Shown here piece after piece: positions 40,345-50,514 of a stretch of DNA of 64,000 nucleotides; within the stretch, counting starts at the first letter, position 1; each line of letters begins with the position of its first letter. The notes under the pieces are model-generated. The model was given only the letters and a program-made list of their open reading frames with translations, was not told where the DNA came from and did no database searches. The translations under genes were made by a program, and so were the position numbers. Origin of the DNA: Planctomycetia bacterium (GTDB lineage: Bacteria > Planctomycetota > Planctomycetia > Pirellulales > Thermoguttaceae); NCBI GenBank assembly GCA_030539295.1, contig JAUNSJ010000001.1, positions 1 to 64,000 on the forward strand, written 5' to 3'.

Positions 40345-42450
40345 TTGAAGAGAGGCGGCAAACCGAGTCGAGTCATGAGTCCATTAATGAAAATTATGAA
40401 GCTCATTGGCCATGAGAATTTATGGCTGGCGGGGAAACTATTGAAAACGCGAAACAAAATTCCACAAATCTTTTCGTTCCGTTCGACCACGAGCAGCACG
40501 AACGGAATCTGCGGACCAGTGTGTCTGTTCACTATGGCTTTCTCCCTCTGCTTTGTGCCAAACCTTTATGCGTCCGGGGGAAGTTTTGTCGGAGTATCAT
40601 CTGTGGCAAACGTGGTTCTTGGTTTGGCCGTACTCTATCTTGCGTTTCTTGGCATCAAGCAGAGACTGAAAATCAAATCCCTTTTGAGGGTTAAGAAGGT
40701 CATTGAGTCTATTCCGTTGCAGTGTGGAGTCTGTGACGCCACTGGGAATCTCTATTTCTACAAGGATATCGGCGAAACGGAAACCGACCACAATCCCCGA
40801 ACCATCAAAGACCTGTACATTGAGCTGTACCAGGAGTTGGATTCGGTCTTACCCTCCGTGTTCGAATCCCAAAGTCCGAAATCGCTTGAGTTTGATTCCT
40901 TCTCCAAGCGATATAAAATCAACATAAGTCTTTTACCAGATGGCAGTTATGGAGTGCCGACAGCGTTATGGACGGTGCACGATATCAGTGACTTGGCCAA
41001 CGCGTATGCCGAGCGGCTGAAGATATTCAATCTGTTATTGAGTACACTCGGCTCCATTGGTGACGCGGTTATATCGACCAATTGCGATGGTGAAATTTCC
41101 CTGATCAATCCCTCGGCCTTACACATGGTCGGCTTGTCAGAATCGGAAATTCTGGGTAAATCGTTCAACGATTACTTCCAGATCGCTGGAGAAGAAGGCG
41201 AGTCGCTCATAGCGCAAGTCGTGCGAACGCGGAGAAGTTACCCGTTACACACCTCGGTAAAAATTCGGAATCGTGACACACTTTTCATTGATGGTTTGAT
41301 AACTCCGATTTTTACGGACAATCTCATAACCGGGGTGGTTCTTTATTTTCACGACACAACAGACTTGGTGCAGCAGGGTCAGAAGTTGCAACTGGCGTTG
41401 AACTTTGCGCAAATTTCGGATCGGGCTAAGAGTGATTTCCTGGCAACGGTCAGCCACGAATTCCGAAGTTCTGTCAATATAATTATGGGCTACTGCGACC
41501 TGATCGCGATCGGCGGACAAAGCGACCAGCGAACCTGTTTTGAGAGTATACGACGGGAAGCGGAAAAACTCTTGCTCATGTTCAACGATATTTTGGACGT
41601 CTCGAAAGACGACGAGAGCACGGAACTTAAGCCTGTCCCGGTAAACTTTAAAGAGTTCACCCGGGAAATTCAGAGAATCTTCAGTAAGACATCAAAGAGT
41701 AAAAAAATTTCTCTCGCTGTACAGCAGGAGACGTCTGTGCCTGTGATTCTCTCGGATTATAAGGCATTGCGGCAAATCATTATGCAGCTGCTGACCCAGG
41801 CCTATTCTCTGGCCATTGGCGATTCCATTCTGCTGACCATAAAATGGGTACAAAGAAATCTTGTCATGGAGATTATTGTGGATACGCGCAATGTGCGAAT
41901 CAAGCAGGACAAGAATCTTTCGATTTTCAAGCGTCTCTGCGAACGACTTAACGGGACACTGAATTTGAGTCAAACGCCGAACCATCTGTCCTTTGAGATC
42001 GTTTTAAACAAGCCGGAAATCGTCCACGACACGAAGACGTCGCTTCTGCCGGTACTTGCCATGCAAAAAGACAAGCCGAAAAAAGACGTTATTCTGCTCG
42101 TCGACGACATAGCCATTAACTTAAAGGTGCTTGCCTCGCTGCTGAAGAAGTACAATATAGAGAGTGTCCCGTGTACGACGGCGCACGCGGCCATGGAGGA
42201 GATCAACAAGTACACGCCCAAGGCCATCTTTATGGACTTGTGGATGCCCGACATTAGCGGCGACGAACTGGCGAACGTTCTGCAGAGCAATCCGGAGACG
42301 GCGTGCATACCGCGAATCCTCATAACAGCGGACACACAACTGGATAAAAGGTTTGAGGATCTTTTTATGTACATTATGTACAAACCACTGAATCCGAAGG
42401 AACTGCAAAAGGCGTTAACGCTCATGGAAGAAACGGGAACAAGAGAATAA
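40345..42450 (+). CDS. Hybrid sensor histidine kinase / response regulator (TM + PAS + HisKA + HATPase + REC).
   Basis: TM segments near the N-terminus. H-box ATVSHEFRSSVNIIMGYCDLI. C-terminal receiver VILLVDDIAINLKVL...FMDLWMPDISGDELA. Confidence 0.85.
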   Translation: MKRGGKPSRVMSPLMKIMKLIGHENLWLAGKLLKTRNKIPQIFSFRSTTSSTNGICGPVCLFTMAFSLCFVPNLYASGGSFVGVSSVANVVLGLAVLYLAFLGIKQRLKIKSLLRVKKVIESIPLQCGVCDATGNLYFYKDIGETETDHNPRTIKDLYIELYQELDSVLPSVFESQSPKSLEFDSFSKRYKINISLLPDGSYGVPTALWTVHDISDLANAYAERLKIFNLLLSTLGSIGDAVISTNCDGEISLINPSALHMVGLSESEILGKSFNDYFQIAGEEGESLIAQVVRTRRSYPLHTSVKIRNRDTLFIDGLITPIFTDNLITGVVLYFHDTTDLVQQGQKLQLALNFAQISDRAKSDFLATVSHEFRSSVNIIMGYCDLIAIGGQSDQRTCFESIRREAEKLLLMFNDILDVSKDDESTELKPVPVNFKEFTREIQRIFSKTSKSKKISLAVQQETSVPVILSDYKALRQIIMQLLTQAYSLAIGDSILLTIKWVQRNLVMEIIVDTRNVRIKQDKNLSIFKRLCERLNGTLNLSQTPNHLSFEIVLNKPEIVHDTKTSLLPVLAMQKDKPKKDVILLVDDIAINLKVLASLLKKYNIESVPCTTAHAAMEEINKYTPKAIFMDLWMPDISGDELANVLQSNPETACIPRILITADTQLDKRFEDLFMYIMYKPLNPKELQKALTLMEETGTRE

Positions 42451-42462
42451 AGCGACGTTGAA

Positions 42463-43677
42463 ATGAGTGCTGCACAAGAGGATCATTCGAAAGACAACAA
42501 TGCGATAACGCTCGAAACCGGCAACACGATGTCGTGGGTGCGAGAGAAGAATTTCTTTCCGCTCATGTCGCAATGTGAGTTTCCGATAATGGCCAGTATG
42601 GCCGAGACGGTCGAGGTCGGTGTGGAACCGGGCGCGGCGTCGCAGACTATTTCTGGTGCCGCAAGTTCCTTTCTTGAGCGGAGTTCCTACTCACTCATGA
42701 GTTACGATACGGAATTGCCAAAGATAGGCGGTCTTTATCAGTTCCGAGAGAGCGTGGGAACCGGCGGATTCAGTTGTATATACAAGGCCTATGACGTCGT
42801 TTTGCAGCGCGACGTGGCGATAAAAACCTTGAGTGAGGAATATTGCTCAAAGTATGTCAGTCGGAACGCGTTCATTGCGGAAGCCAACGTGACCGCTTCT
42901 CTTGACCACCCGAATATCATTCCGATTCATGGTTTGTATACGGATGAGAATAACCAGCTTCATTTGGTCATGAAGTTGATTGAAGGGAAGAATCTTCGCG
43001 AAATCCTGACACAGAAGATTAAGGACTATGAGAGCAAGTCGCGCCGGGAAATTGTGCGAGAGGAACGTGCCAATCTTATTAACCGTCTGGAAATCTTTTT
43101 GAAAATTTGCGACGCGGTTGCCTATGCGCATAACAAGAAGATTCTTCACCGGGATATTAAGCCGGAAAACATTATGGTCAGTAGCTATAACGAGGTGTAC
43201 GTTATGGACTGGGGCATCTCCGAAGCGAGAGAAGTCAGATCGCAGCAGAAGAAAAAGACTGTTTTGGGTACGCTGCAGTATTTAGCGCCGGAGATTATCG
43301 CGAACGCGCCCTACGACAGTCGTTCCGACATCTACTCTCTCGGCGTCCTGCTCTTCTATCTGGTTTATCTCTATCGCCCCTTTCCGGAACAGTGCAGCTC
43401 GAAAGAAATTTGCAAAGTAAAGAACAGTCTCAAACCGCTCATCACAACGCATACTTTTGGCGTTAATGTTCCGCATGAACTGGGCAACATCGTGCGTAAG
43501 GCTATGGCTCTTTCGCCCAAAGACCGCTATCAGACGGTGCAGGCCCTGGCCGATGACGTCCATCGTGTCCTTCGGGGCGATTCCCTCTACGGCTCCATGT
43601 TCGGACGGGTCCTGAAATTCTTTGGTGTTCCGGTTTCGCCTGACTTGGCCGGTCACGCATCCCCGGGGCAACAGTAG
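42463..43677 (+). CDS. Hanks-type serine/threonine protein kinase.
   Basis: ATP-binding region (FRESVGTGGFSCIYKAYD...VAIK). Catalytic loop HRDIKPENIMV, DWGIS. Activation segment GTLQYLAPE. Confidence 0.85.
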   Translation: MSAAQEDHSKDNNAITLETGNTMSWVREKNFFPLMSQCEFPIMASMAETVEVGVEPGAASQTISGAASSFLERSSYSLMSYDTELPKIGGLYQFRESVGTGGFSCIYKAYDVVLQRDVAIKTLSEEYCSKYVSRNAFIAEANVTASLDHPNIIPIHGLYTDENNQLHLVMKLIEGKNLREILTQKIKDYESKSRREIVREERANLINRLEIFLKICDAVAYAHNKKILHRDIKPENIMVSSYNEVYVMDWGISEAREVRSQQKKKTVLGTLQYLAPEIIANAPYDSRSDIYSLGVLLFYLVYLYRPFPEQCSSKEICKVKNSLKPLITTHTFGVNVPHELGNIVRKAMALSPKDRYQTVQALADDVHRVLRGDSLYGSMFGRVLKFFGVPVSPDLAGHASPGQQ

Positions 43678-43732
43678 AGCAACTGGCAACCGGCAAGCCG
43701 GCCATGCAAAACGGTTTAAACCGAAAAGCGAA

Positions 43733-44050
43733 TCAGTTATTCAGGTGCGCGCTTAATTTTTCCAGCTCGGCAACGCAAAGGGCACACGGCTCCTCGTCAC
43801 AGGCTTCCGCCGCATCCTGTAGTTGTAAGGACACCATTCGAACGGGTTCTGCACCAATATTGCTCGAACTTCCTTTAAGCGTGTGAGCAAGAATCCGCAA
43901 GGCAAAAAAATCTCTTTTTTCAAAGGCCTTTTGCATATTTGCAAGCGACTGTGTAAACAGCAAGACATAATCACGCACAAGCTCGTCGATGAGTTCCTGC
44001 TCGTCGATTTCGAGTGAGTTGCGGATATATTCTTCAATAATCTTTTTCAT
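43733..44050 (-). CDS. Hpt (histidine phosphotransfer) domain protein.
   Basis: RILAHTLKGSSSNIGA carries the conserved H..KGS phospho-accepting motif. 105 aa. Confidence 0.8.
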   Translation of the reverse strand: MKKIIEEYIRNSLEIDEQELIDELVRDYVLLFTQSLANMQKAFEKRDFFALRILAHTLKGSSSNIGAEPVRMVSLQLQDAAEACDEEPCALCVAELEKLSAHLNN

Positions 44051-44109
44051 AATGAATCAATTCCCCCCGATACCATAGGATAAAAGTAACCATAAAGATT
44101 CTTTTGCAA

Positions 44110-45780
44110 TCACATGGATTCGAATAATTTTCTGATTTTTTTAATGTTAATGGGTTTGATTATGGTTCCAGCGAAGTAACTCATATCGAAGTTATTCTCC
44201 CGTTCCACATCGGCGGTAACGGCATAGATTGGAATATCGTTGTAGTCGGAATTCTGTCGGATGGTGCGGGCAAGCTCCTCGCCACTCATTTCGGGCATCC
44301 ACAAGTCCGTCATAATGAAGTCGTAACGATTTTTTTTGAGGAGTTCAAGAGCTTCCTTGGCGGAAGAGGCGAGTGTAGAAGAACAATTCATAAGCTTGTT
44401 AATGGAATCCAGGACCTTCAGGTTCATTACAACATCGTCGACCAAAAGACAGGTTCGCTGCGGAATGGATTTTGGGGCCGGGGCATGTTCGTCGGGCGGG
44501 TCCAGCCGGACGAGTATGTGAGAAATATCCAGAGGGATTTGAACCCGCATTGAGTCCAGCGGATGAAGCCAGGAGATCTCGCCGTTAACGAGTTTGATAA
44601 TCTGTCGCGCGAGAAAGAGTCCCAAGCCTTCGCAGTTTCTCATTGCAGACTGATTCCGGAACGGCATGTTCAAGCTGCTTTCGCCGGAAAAGATATCCTT
44701 TCCAGTGAACTCCAGAACGAGGAACCCGCTACTGGCTTCATTTTCGACATAGCGCCCGGTTATAACGACCGTGCCACGGGTCGCGTTCCCCGCCGCATAA
44801 CTCAGTATGGAATAGATGATTTGGCGTAATCGCAACTGATCGGTCCATAAAATGGGTATTTTTTCAACTTCGTTTCGAATCAGAATGTTTTTGTCTTTAT
44901 TGGCCCCCTGTACGAGCAAGACGACCTCGTCGCAAATTTTGCAAACATCGACGTTTTCGTTTCGCAACGGTATGGTCCCGGTTTCCAAAGAGGAAAGGTC
45001 GAGCACTTCTTCAACGAGCGTATGAAGCATCTTCCCTGACAATTTTATGGTATCGATATAGTCCTCCATGACGTTTCGGCTTATACCATCTTTATAGTCG
45101 ATAAGGTCAATAAATCCGAGGATTGTGGTCAGAGGTGTGCAAATCTCGTGACTCACCGTGGTCAGGAACAAGGACTTCTGACGGTCATTTTTTTCAGCGT
45201 TTTCTTTAGCGAGCACGAGCTGCGATTCCAGCCGCTTTTGCATGGAAATATCGCTTATTGCCAGACGAAACTGTCGCAGCCCGGCTTTACAGGCCCCTGC
45301 CGTTATCATGACGTACTGTGGAGCCCCGAAACGATTATAGAGTTTTATTTCCAGGGGGACCGGCACTCCGGTTTTCGCCAACATTCTGCAAAAGAGATAG
45401 AACGAGTTTTGAAATTCAGGGCAGACGAATTCGTCGAAACAGTGCCCTTTATACTGCATGTCCTGCAGGTGCGAGGGAACGTATTTGTCAATAAAAGTCC
45501 GATTCAGCCTTTCGATGGTCCCTTTCTCGTCGATGATCACATAGCCAACCGGAGCATTCTCGAACAATTCGATAAATTCCTCACGCGATTCCGAAAGTTC
45601 CTTTTCAGAACGTTCCAGCTCCCTGTTCTGATGCTCCAGCTCAATGTGATAAATACTCAGCTCTTGTATAAGATCACGGACATTATTCCCCTGTTCATTA
45701 ATGGCAACGCTGTTATCCACGGAGTCCAGGAGTCGAACAGCCATTTCCCGAAGTTTTTCTATAGGATTATTTTCGCTCAT
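44110..45780 (-). CDS. Hybrid sensor histidine kinase / response regulator with an N-terminal PAS domain.
   Basis: H-box FLTTVSHEICTPLTTILGFIDLI. HATPase (LGLFLARQIIKLVNGEI). C-terminal REC (CLLVDDVVMNLKVL...MTDLWMPEMSGEELA). Start overlaps the upstream gene (ATGA at 45777-45780). Confidence 0.85.
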   Translation of the reverse strand: MSENNPIEKLREMAVRLLDSVDNSVAINEQGNNVRDLIQELSIYHIELEHQNRELERSEKELSESREEFIELFENAPVGYVIIDEKGTIERLNRTFIDKYVPSHLQDMQYKGHCFDEFVCPEFQNSFYLFCRMLAKTGVPVPLEIKLYNRFGAPQYVMITAGACKAGLRQFRLAISDISMQKRLESQLVLAKENAEKNDRQKSLFLTTVSHEICTPLTTILGFIDLIDYKDGISRNVMEDYIDTIKLSGKMLHTLVEEVLDLSSLETGTIPLRNENVDVCKICDEVVLLVQGANKDKNILIRNEVEKIPILWTDQLRLRQIIYSILSYAAGNATRGTVVITGRYVENEASSGFLVLEFTGKDIFSGESSLNMPFRNQSAMRNCEGLGLFLARQIIKLVNGEISWLHPLDSMRVQIPLDISHILVRLDPPDEHAPAPKSIPQRTCLLVDDVVMNLKVLDSINKLMNCSSTLASSAKEALELLKKNRYDFIMTDLWMPEMSGEELARTIRQNSDYNDIPIYAVTADVERENNFDMSYFAGTIIKPINIKKIRKLFESM

Positions 45781-48605
45781 GATACTTTTCCAAAAATGCT
45801 ATTGTATAGTAGTTCGCGTGAAATCGGTTTTTCCATAATCCGGTCGAACAGTGAGGCGTCATAGGCAGTCCGATCGTGCTCGGCCGTAACAACGGCAATG
45901 CGTACGGAAGCAAATTGCGGGTTCGCACGAATGGCTCTGGCCACCTCTTCTCCGTTCATGTCAGGCATAACGAGGTCAGTCAGGACGATATTGAAATTGC
46001 CGTTTATCAACATGTCAAGGGCCATTTTTCCGGAAGTCGCTGTATCGTGGCTGATCTGCATATTTTTAAGCATATTAGACAGGATTTTCAGACTTAAAGG
46101 CACATCGTCGACCACGAGCACCCGAGGCACATCATTAGGCGGGCAGAGACCTTTCGCGCCGAGACCGGCATGTTCGGAATCGTCGGTAACGCTCTGCGAC
46201 TGCATCTTGATTTTTGGTATTGTCAAGAGGAACGTAGAGCCTGTGCCGAGCGTACTGTTAAGTGAAATTGAGCCGCCCATTTGTGTTAACATCTTCTTGA
46301 CAATAGGCAGACCGAGTCCGGTTCCATTGTTCGTGGAATTGGTACCGCGCATTCGGGTTAACTGGACAAAGGGTTCAAAGAGTCGTTCGCAGTCTTTCGG
46401 GTCGACGCCTATACCGGTATCAGCGACGGTGACGGTTAAGGTCCCTTCGTCATCTCCGGTTTTTTGAAAGTCCATAACAACGGAAATACCGCCTACGTTG
46501 GTGAACTTAATGGCATTACCGACCAAATTAAAGAGGATCTGTCGCATTCGCTGCTGGTCGATAAAGAGATCGGGCACATCTTCTGCGTCGAACGAGAGTC
46601 TTAAATTCTTCTGCCGGGCATTGTGACTGAAGATCGAGCCGATTTCCTGACAAAACTCGGTCATATTCGTAATTTCCGGAACGAAGACGGCCTGTCCTGC
46701 TTCCAGTTTGGACAGGTCAAGAATATCGTTAATGAGAATGAGTAGCGAGTTCCCGGCGAAGGAGATATTCGAGAGATAATCATGTTGAGTCACCGGATCC
46801 AGCTTCGTATTACTCAGCAGGTCGGCAAACCCGATAACGGCGTTCAGAGGCGTTCTGATTTCATGACTCATTGAGGCCAGAAAGAAACTTTTGGCCAAAT
46901 TCGCCGACTGCGCTTCATTTAAAGCAACTTCAAGTTTCTGAACGATTTGCCTGTTCGATATTGCCAGTTCTATTATATGGCTGATCATTTCCAGGAGTCG
47001 CATTTCGTTATCGGAAAGTTGTTTTTGCTCGCGATACTGTGTAATAAAACCGACACTACCCCACGGTTTTCCGTTGACGAGAATATAATTGACGTGGACC
47101 CAGCGCACGTCGAATTCCTTGTATTTTTGCAAGAGGCCGGGGACATACGTTTCGGCTTGGAGACGCTGTTCTTCCTGGCTGAAATCGCATTCGAACACCT
47201 CTCCGCGTTTGGCGTTTATCAAGGCTTTGTACCAAGCCTTATCCTGGGACTCCTCCTGTAAGAACCGGATTCCTTCAAAGATGGATTCCTCATTTTCCGG
47301 AAGGTAGGTTGCGAAGAGTCGAACGGATTGTGTCTGTTCGTCGATGCCGGAGACATAAGCGCGGGTAAAGCCGAGATAGTCACAAATAATTTTCAGGACA
47401 TTATTAATGCCCACTTCCAAATTATCGTTCATATAGAGAATTTCGAAAGCGGAGGAAATAATTTTGCGTATTTCAGAAAGAATGAAGAGCTCGGACGCCT
47501 CGTAGGTCATGCCGATTAAAACCGAGTGTCCGTTCTCGTTTTTCGCGGGAACTTTGATGGATTCCAAACGGCGTAAGGCACCCGAGTTATCCTGTATGAT
47601 TTCAGAGAATTTTAATGCGGTGCCGATTGCCATAACCTGGGAATCGTGCTCCCAGGCCGTCTTTATATCGACGTCGCGAAAAAAGATATCCCGATCCGTC
47701 TTGCCAATAATACGATCTTTATCGCAAAGAAAAAAATCGGCCAGACGCTGATTGCATTGCAGGTATCGAAAGCCATCGTCGGCATCTTTTACGTAAAATA
47801 TCGCCGGAATCACATTGACAACCTTATCCCACATTTCCTGAATGGCTTCTTTTTGTGAGACGACGTTATAAAAGGAAGTGACGTCCTGAATCAGTCCAAT
47901 AATGACGTCAGAGGCGTCGCTTTTCTTCTGAAAAAAACTGCGATGGTAGCAGGTCACACCGTCCTTGACAACCCGGTAGACAATAACAGCCCGTTTGAGC
48001 CGCCCGGATATGACATCCCGGTAGCTTTGCTCGACCAGGGAGACATCTTCCGGGAGAACCCAGTTTTCTGACGGGACTACCTTACCGTTGCAAGTGGGCC
48101 AAAATTGGGGAAGACGGGTTGAACCTGTTAAATCGCCGGTTGTGTAATTGATCTGAAAGAAGACAACTTTCGCAATCTCCGCGGCAAAGTCTGAATAATC
48201 AACTGCGTCCAGCTTGCTATTGCCAAGGGAGCAATCGTCGCCCAGGTCGTGAATGACCAGAACGGCACCGGTGGTTTGGCCGCTCGAATTGAGCATGGGT
48301 GAGACGTTGAGATGGACAGGCTGGCGTGATGGCCCGCGTGGCGTGACCAATTCGGTTGCCGCTTGAACGGAGGCTCCTGTTGCCAGTGCGTGGAGGAGAG
48401 GGGATTCCCGCGTCTGGTCCTCTTGCGGGCTGCTAAAATTAAAGACTTGACTGTACAGCTGTCCCAAAGCCACTTGCGACTCGACCTTAAGCATTCTTTC
48501 GGCCGCCGGATTCAGCATGGTAATTCGACCATCTTTATCCACGCTGACCACGCCGTCGCACATGGCATCCAGCGTTAGGCGAAAGAGCGATTCGTTCTTC
48601 GTCAT
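45777..48605 (-). CDS. Large hybrid sensor histidine kinase / response regulator with multiple PAS/GAF-like sensor domains (942 aa).
   Basis: H-box FFLASMSHEIRTPLNAVIGFADLL. HATPase G-boxes (GTGLGLPIV). C-terminal REC VLVVDDVPLSLKIL...LTDLVMPDMNGEEVA. Confidence 0.85.
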   Translation of the reverse strand: MTKNESLFRLTLDAMCDGVVSVDKDGRITMLNPAAERMLKVESQVALGQLYSQVFNFSSPQEDQTRESPLLHALATGASVQAATELVTPRGPSRQPVHLNVSPMLNSSGQTTGAVLVIHDLGDDCSLGNSKLDAVDYSDFAAEIAKVVFFQINYTTGDLTGSTRLPQFWPTCNGKVVPSENWVLPEDVSLVEQSYRDVISGRLKRAVIVYRVVKDGVTCYHRSFFQKKSDASDVIIGLIQDVTSFYNVVSQKEAIQEMWDKVVNVIPAIFYVKDADDGFRYLQCNQRLADFFLCDKDRIIGKTDRDIFFRDVDIKTAWEHDSQVMAIGTALKFSEIIQDNSGALRRLESIKVPAKNENGHSVLIGMTYEASELFILSEIRKIISSAFEILYMNDNLEVGINNVLKIICDYLGFTRAYVSGIDEQTQSVRLFATYLPENEESIFEGIRFLQEESQDKAWYKALINAKRGEVFECDFSQEEQRLQAETYVPGLLQKYKEFDVRWVHVNYILVNGKPWGSVGFITQYREQKQLSDNEMRLLEMISHIIELAISNRQIVQKLEVALNEAQSANLAKSFFLASMSHEIRTPLNAVIGFADLLSNTKLDPVTQHDYLSNISFAGNSLLILINDILDLSKLEAGQAVFVPEITNMTEFCQEIGSIFSHNARQKNLRLSFDAEDVPDLFIDQQRMRQILFNLVGNAIKFTNVGGISVVMDFQKTGDDEGTLTVTVADTGIGVDPKDCERLFEPFVQLTRMRGTNSTNNGTGLGLPIVKKMLTQMGGSISLNSTLGTGSTFLLTIPKIKMQSQSVTDDSEHAGLGAKGLCPPNDVPRVLVVDDVPLSLKILSNMLKNMQISHDTATSGKMALDMLINGNFNIVLTDLVMPDMNGEEVARAIRANPQFASVRIAVVTAEHDRTAYDASLFDRIMEKPISRELLYNSIFGKVS

Positions 48606-49297
48606 TCTTCGCGAGCTTTCTTTCGTTCACTAAGGTGTCCCGCTTAGCAGACAAAAAGGGCTTGGTTCACTGCAGTTCCCGTTTTGGTTCTATGCAGCTT
48701 ATTGCCAAAAATCCCCCCGTGTCTATTGCCTCTCAAGAACACAATGATATTTACTTCCATTCGGGTCGAATGATCCGCTGCGGTCTGGTACGTCAGCAAG
48801 ACTATTTTCCCGAACAATCCCTATTATACAATACTTTTTCCTTCATGGAAGTCCTCAACCCGGTTTTTGTGCTTATTTTCTTTACGCACCTACCCTTTTG
48901 AATAGAGGCGTGTTTCACGATTCCTGCCGCTTTTTCCCGCATGCTCACTTCTCCCTGGCGTGTCGGGCGTAACATCGTCTGTCAACAAAGCCCTAAAGTA
49001 CCACCTGCGTTTTATGCAGGAAGAACGGCTATTTTACGCAACAGCAACGCCTATTTTATTCAATAATCAATTTATTGCCATAAATTGTCAGTGGACACCC
49101 GGGTTTAGAGCACCAGAAAATACCGAAAAAGTTCGTGTATTTATTTGACAATCGCTTGCCAAAAACCAAGGTTGTGGTACGATTTGAGCATAGGGGAAAG
49201 GCTGCGGTCCGACTTTTCCCCCATGTCCACTGAACGTTAAATTTTGCACAAGACCTTACTTTAACACACTTTACAAAGAGCAGGAAAACACATACCC

Positions 49298-50260
49298 TTG
49301 ATTACATTGATCGTCGCCATCGCTGTTGCCATGGTTGTTTCGTTCCTTTGTTCGGTCATGGAAGCAGCTTTATTGAGCCTCAATCCGGGCAAATTAGCGT
49401 TGATTTCACAACGGCGTCCCCGACTTGGGAAGATCTGTAACGAGTTCAAGAACGACATAGAGAAGCCGATTGCGGTCATTCTCATTCTTAATACGGCAGC
49501 CCATACATTTGGTGCGGCCATTGCCGGCGCGCAATTTGACGCGTTGTTCGGGAGTCGATATATTTGGCTTTTTTCTTTAGCTTTCACGGTCGTTATGGTC
49601 CAGTATACGGAAATCCTGCCGAAAACGCTGGGCGTTCGGTTTAATACATTTGTCCTGACGACAACGGCTGTCGTGCTGAAATATGCCGTTTGGCTCTTGA
49701 GCCCGATTATCGCGCTGGTGCATATTATCAATAGTCCCTTTGAGGGAAGGCCTGACGCGAAGGGCGGGTCCGGCGAAGTCACGCTGGAGGAACTCTCTGC
49801 CTTGGCCACGATTGCCAGACAAGGGGAGTATATTACCCCTACGCAGGAGTGGCTTCTGCAAAAGATACCCTATTTGCGGGAAAAGCCTGTCGGTGAACTC
49901 ATGGTTCCGCTTGCAGAAATGAAATGCCTTGCGACGGACATGACCCGGGAAGAGATTCTCGGGATCATGCAAACAAACCTTCACTCACGCTATCCTGTTC
50001 GTTCGGGTAAGGGGAACAATGGCAACGACTTCGTGGGTATCATGGAAATCAGGCAGATTCTTTTTCTGGAAGACGAAAACTGGCAACGTTTTATAAAACC
50101 CGTCGCGTTTATTCAAGAAGCGGAATCGCAACTTCATATTGCCGAGAACATTGTGAACCTCGATTCCAAGCTGCTTCTGGTTCAAAACGTTAACAAGGAA
50201 GTCGTGGGAATGTTGACCACCAATAATTTGATTATGAAGTTGTTTAAGTCGGCACCTTAA
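49298..50260 (+). CDS. CNNM/DUF21 transmembrane domain plus tandem CBS-domain protein (hemolysin-family/CorC-like divalent cation transporter). TTG start.
   Basis: MITLIVAIAVAMVVSFLCSVMEAALLSLNPGKLALI... is typical of the DUF21 N-terminus. CBS-like C-terminal half. The ORF track's start codon is TTG. Confidence 0.7.
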   Translation: MITLIVAIAVAMVVSFLCSVMEAALLSLNPGKLALISQRRPRLGKICNEFKNDIEKPIAVILILNTAAHTFGAAIAGAQFDALFGSRYIWLFSLAFTVVMVQYTEILPKTLGVRFNTFVLTTTAVVLKYAVWLLSPIIALVHIINSPFEGRPDAKGGSGEVTLEELSALATIARQGEYITPTQEWLLQKIPYLREKPVGELMVPLAEMKCLATDMTREEILGIMQTNLHSRYPVRSGKGNNGNDFVGIMEIRQILFLEDENWQRFIKPVAFIQEAESQLHIAENIVNLDSKLLLVQNVNKEVVGMLTTNNLIMKLFKSAP

Positions 50261-50514
50261 TACAAACCTATCTATTTTATCTATTATTCCCATTTTTTAT
50301 TTCTCGCATAAAAATTATCCCTTTTTTGCGAGGTACTGCGATTAAAATTCCCCTAAAATGTCTCAAAACAGCAGAAGTCCTCTAAACGCTACTGCCGATA
50401 TATTCGATAAGAATGCCCGTTAGATTAGAACCGCTTGGTCGAACCAGACGTGCAGGTTCCCGTATGCCTGTTTGGCCATGGATTTTTATCGCACTTTCCC
50501 ATGAAAGAGCCACT

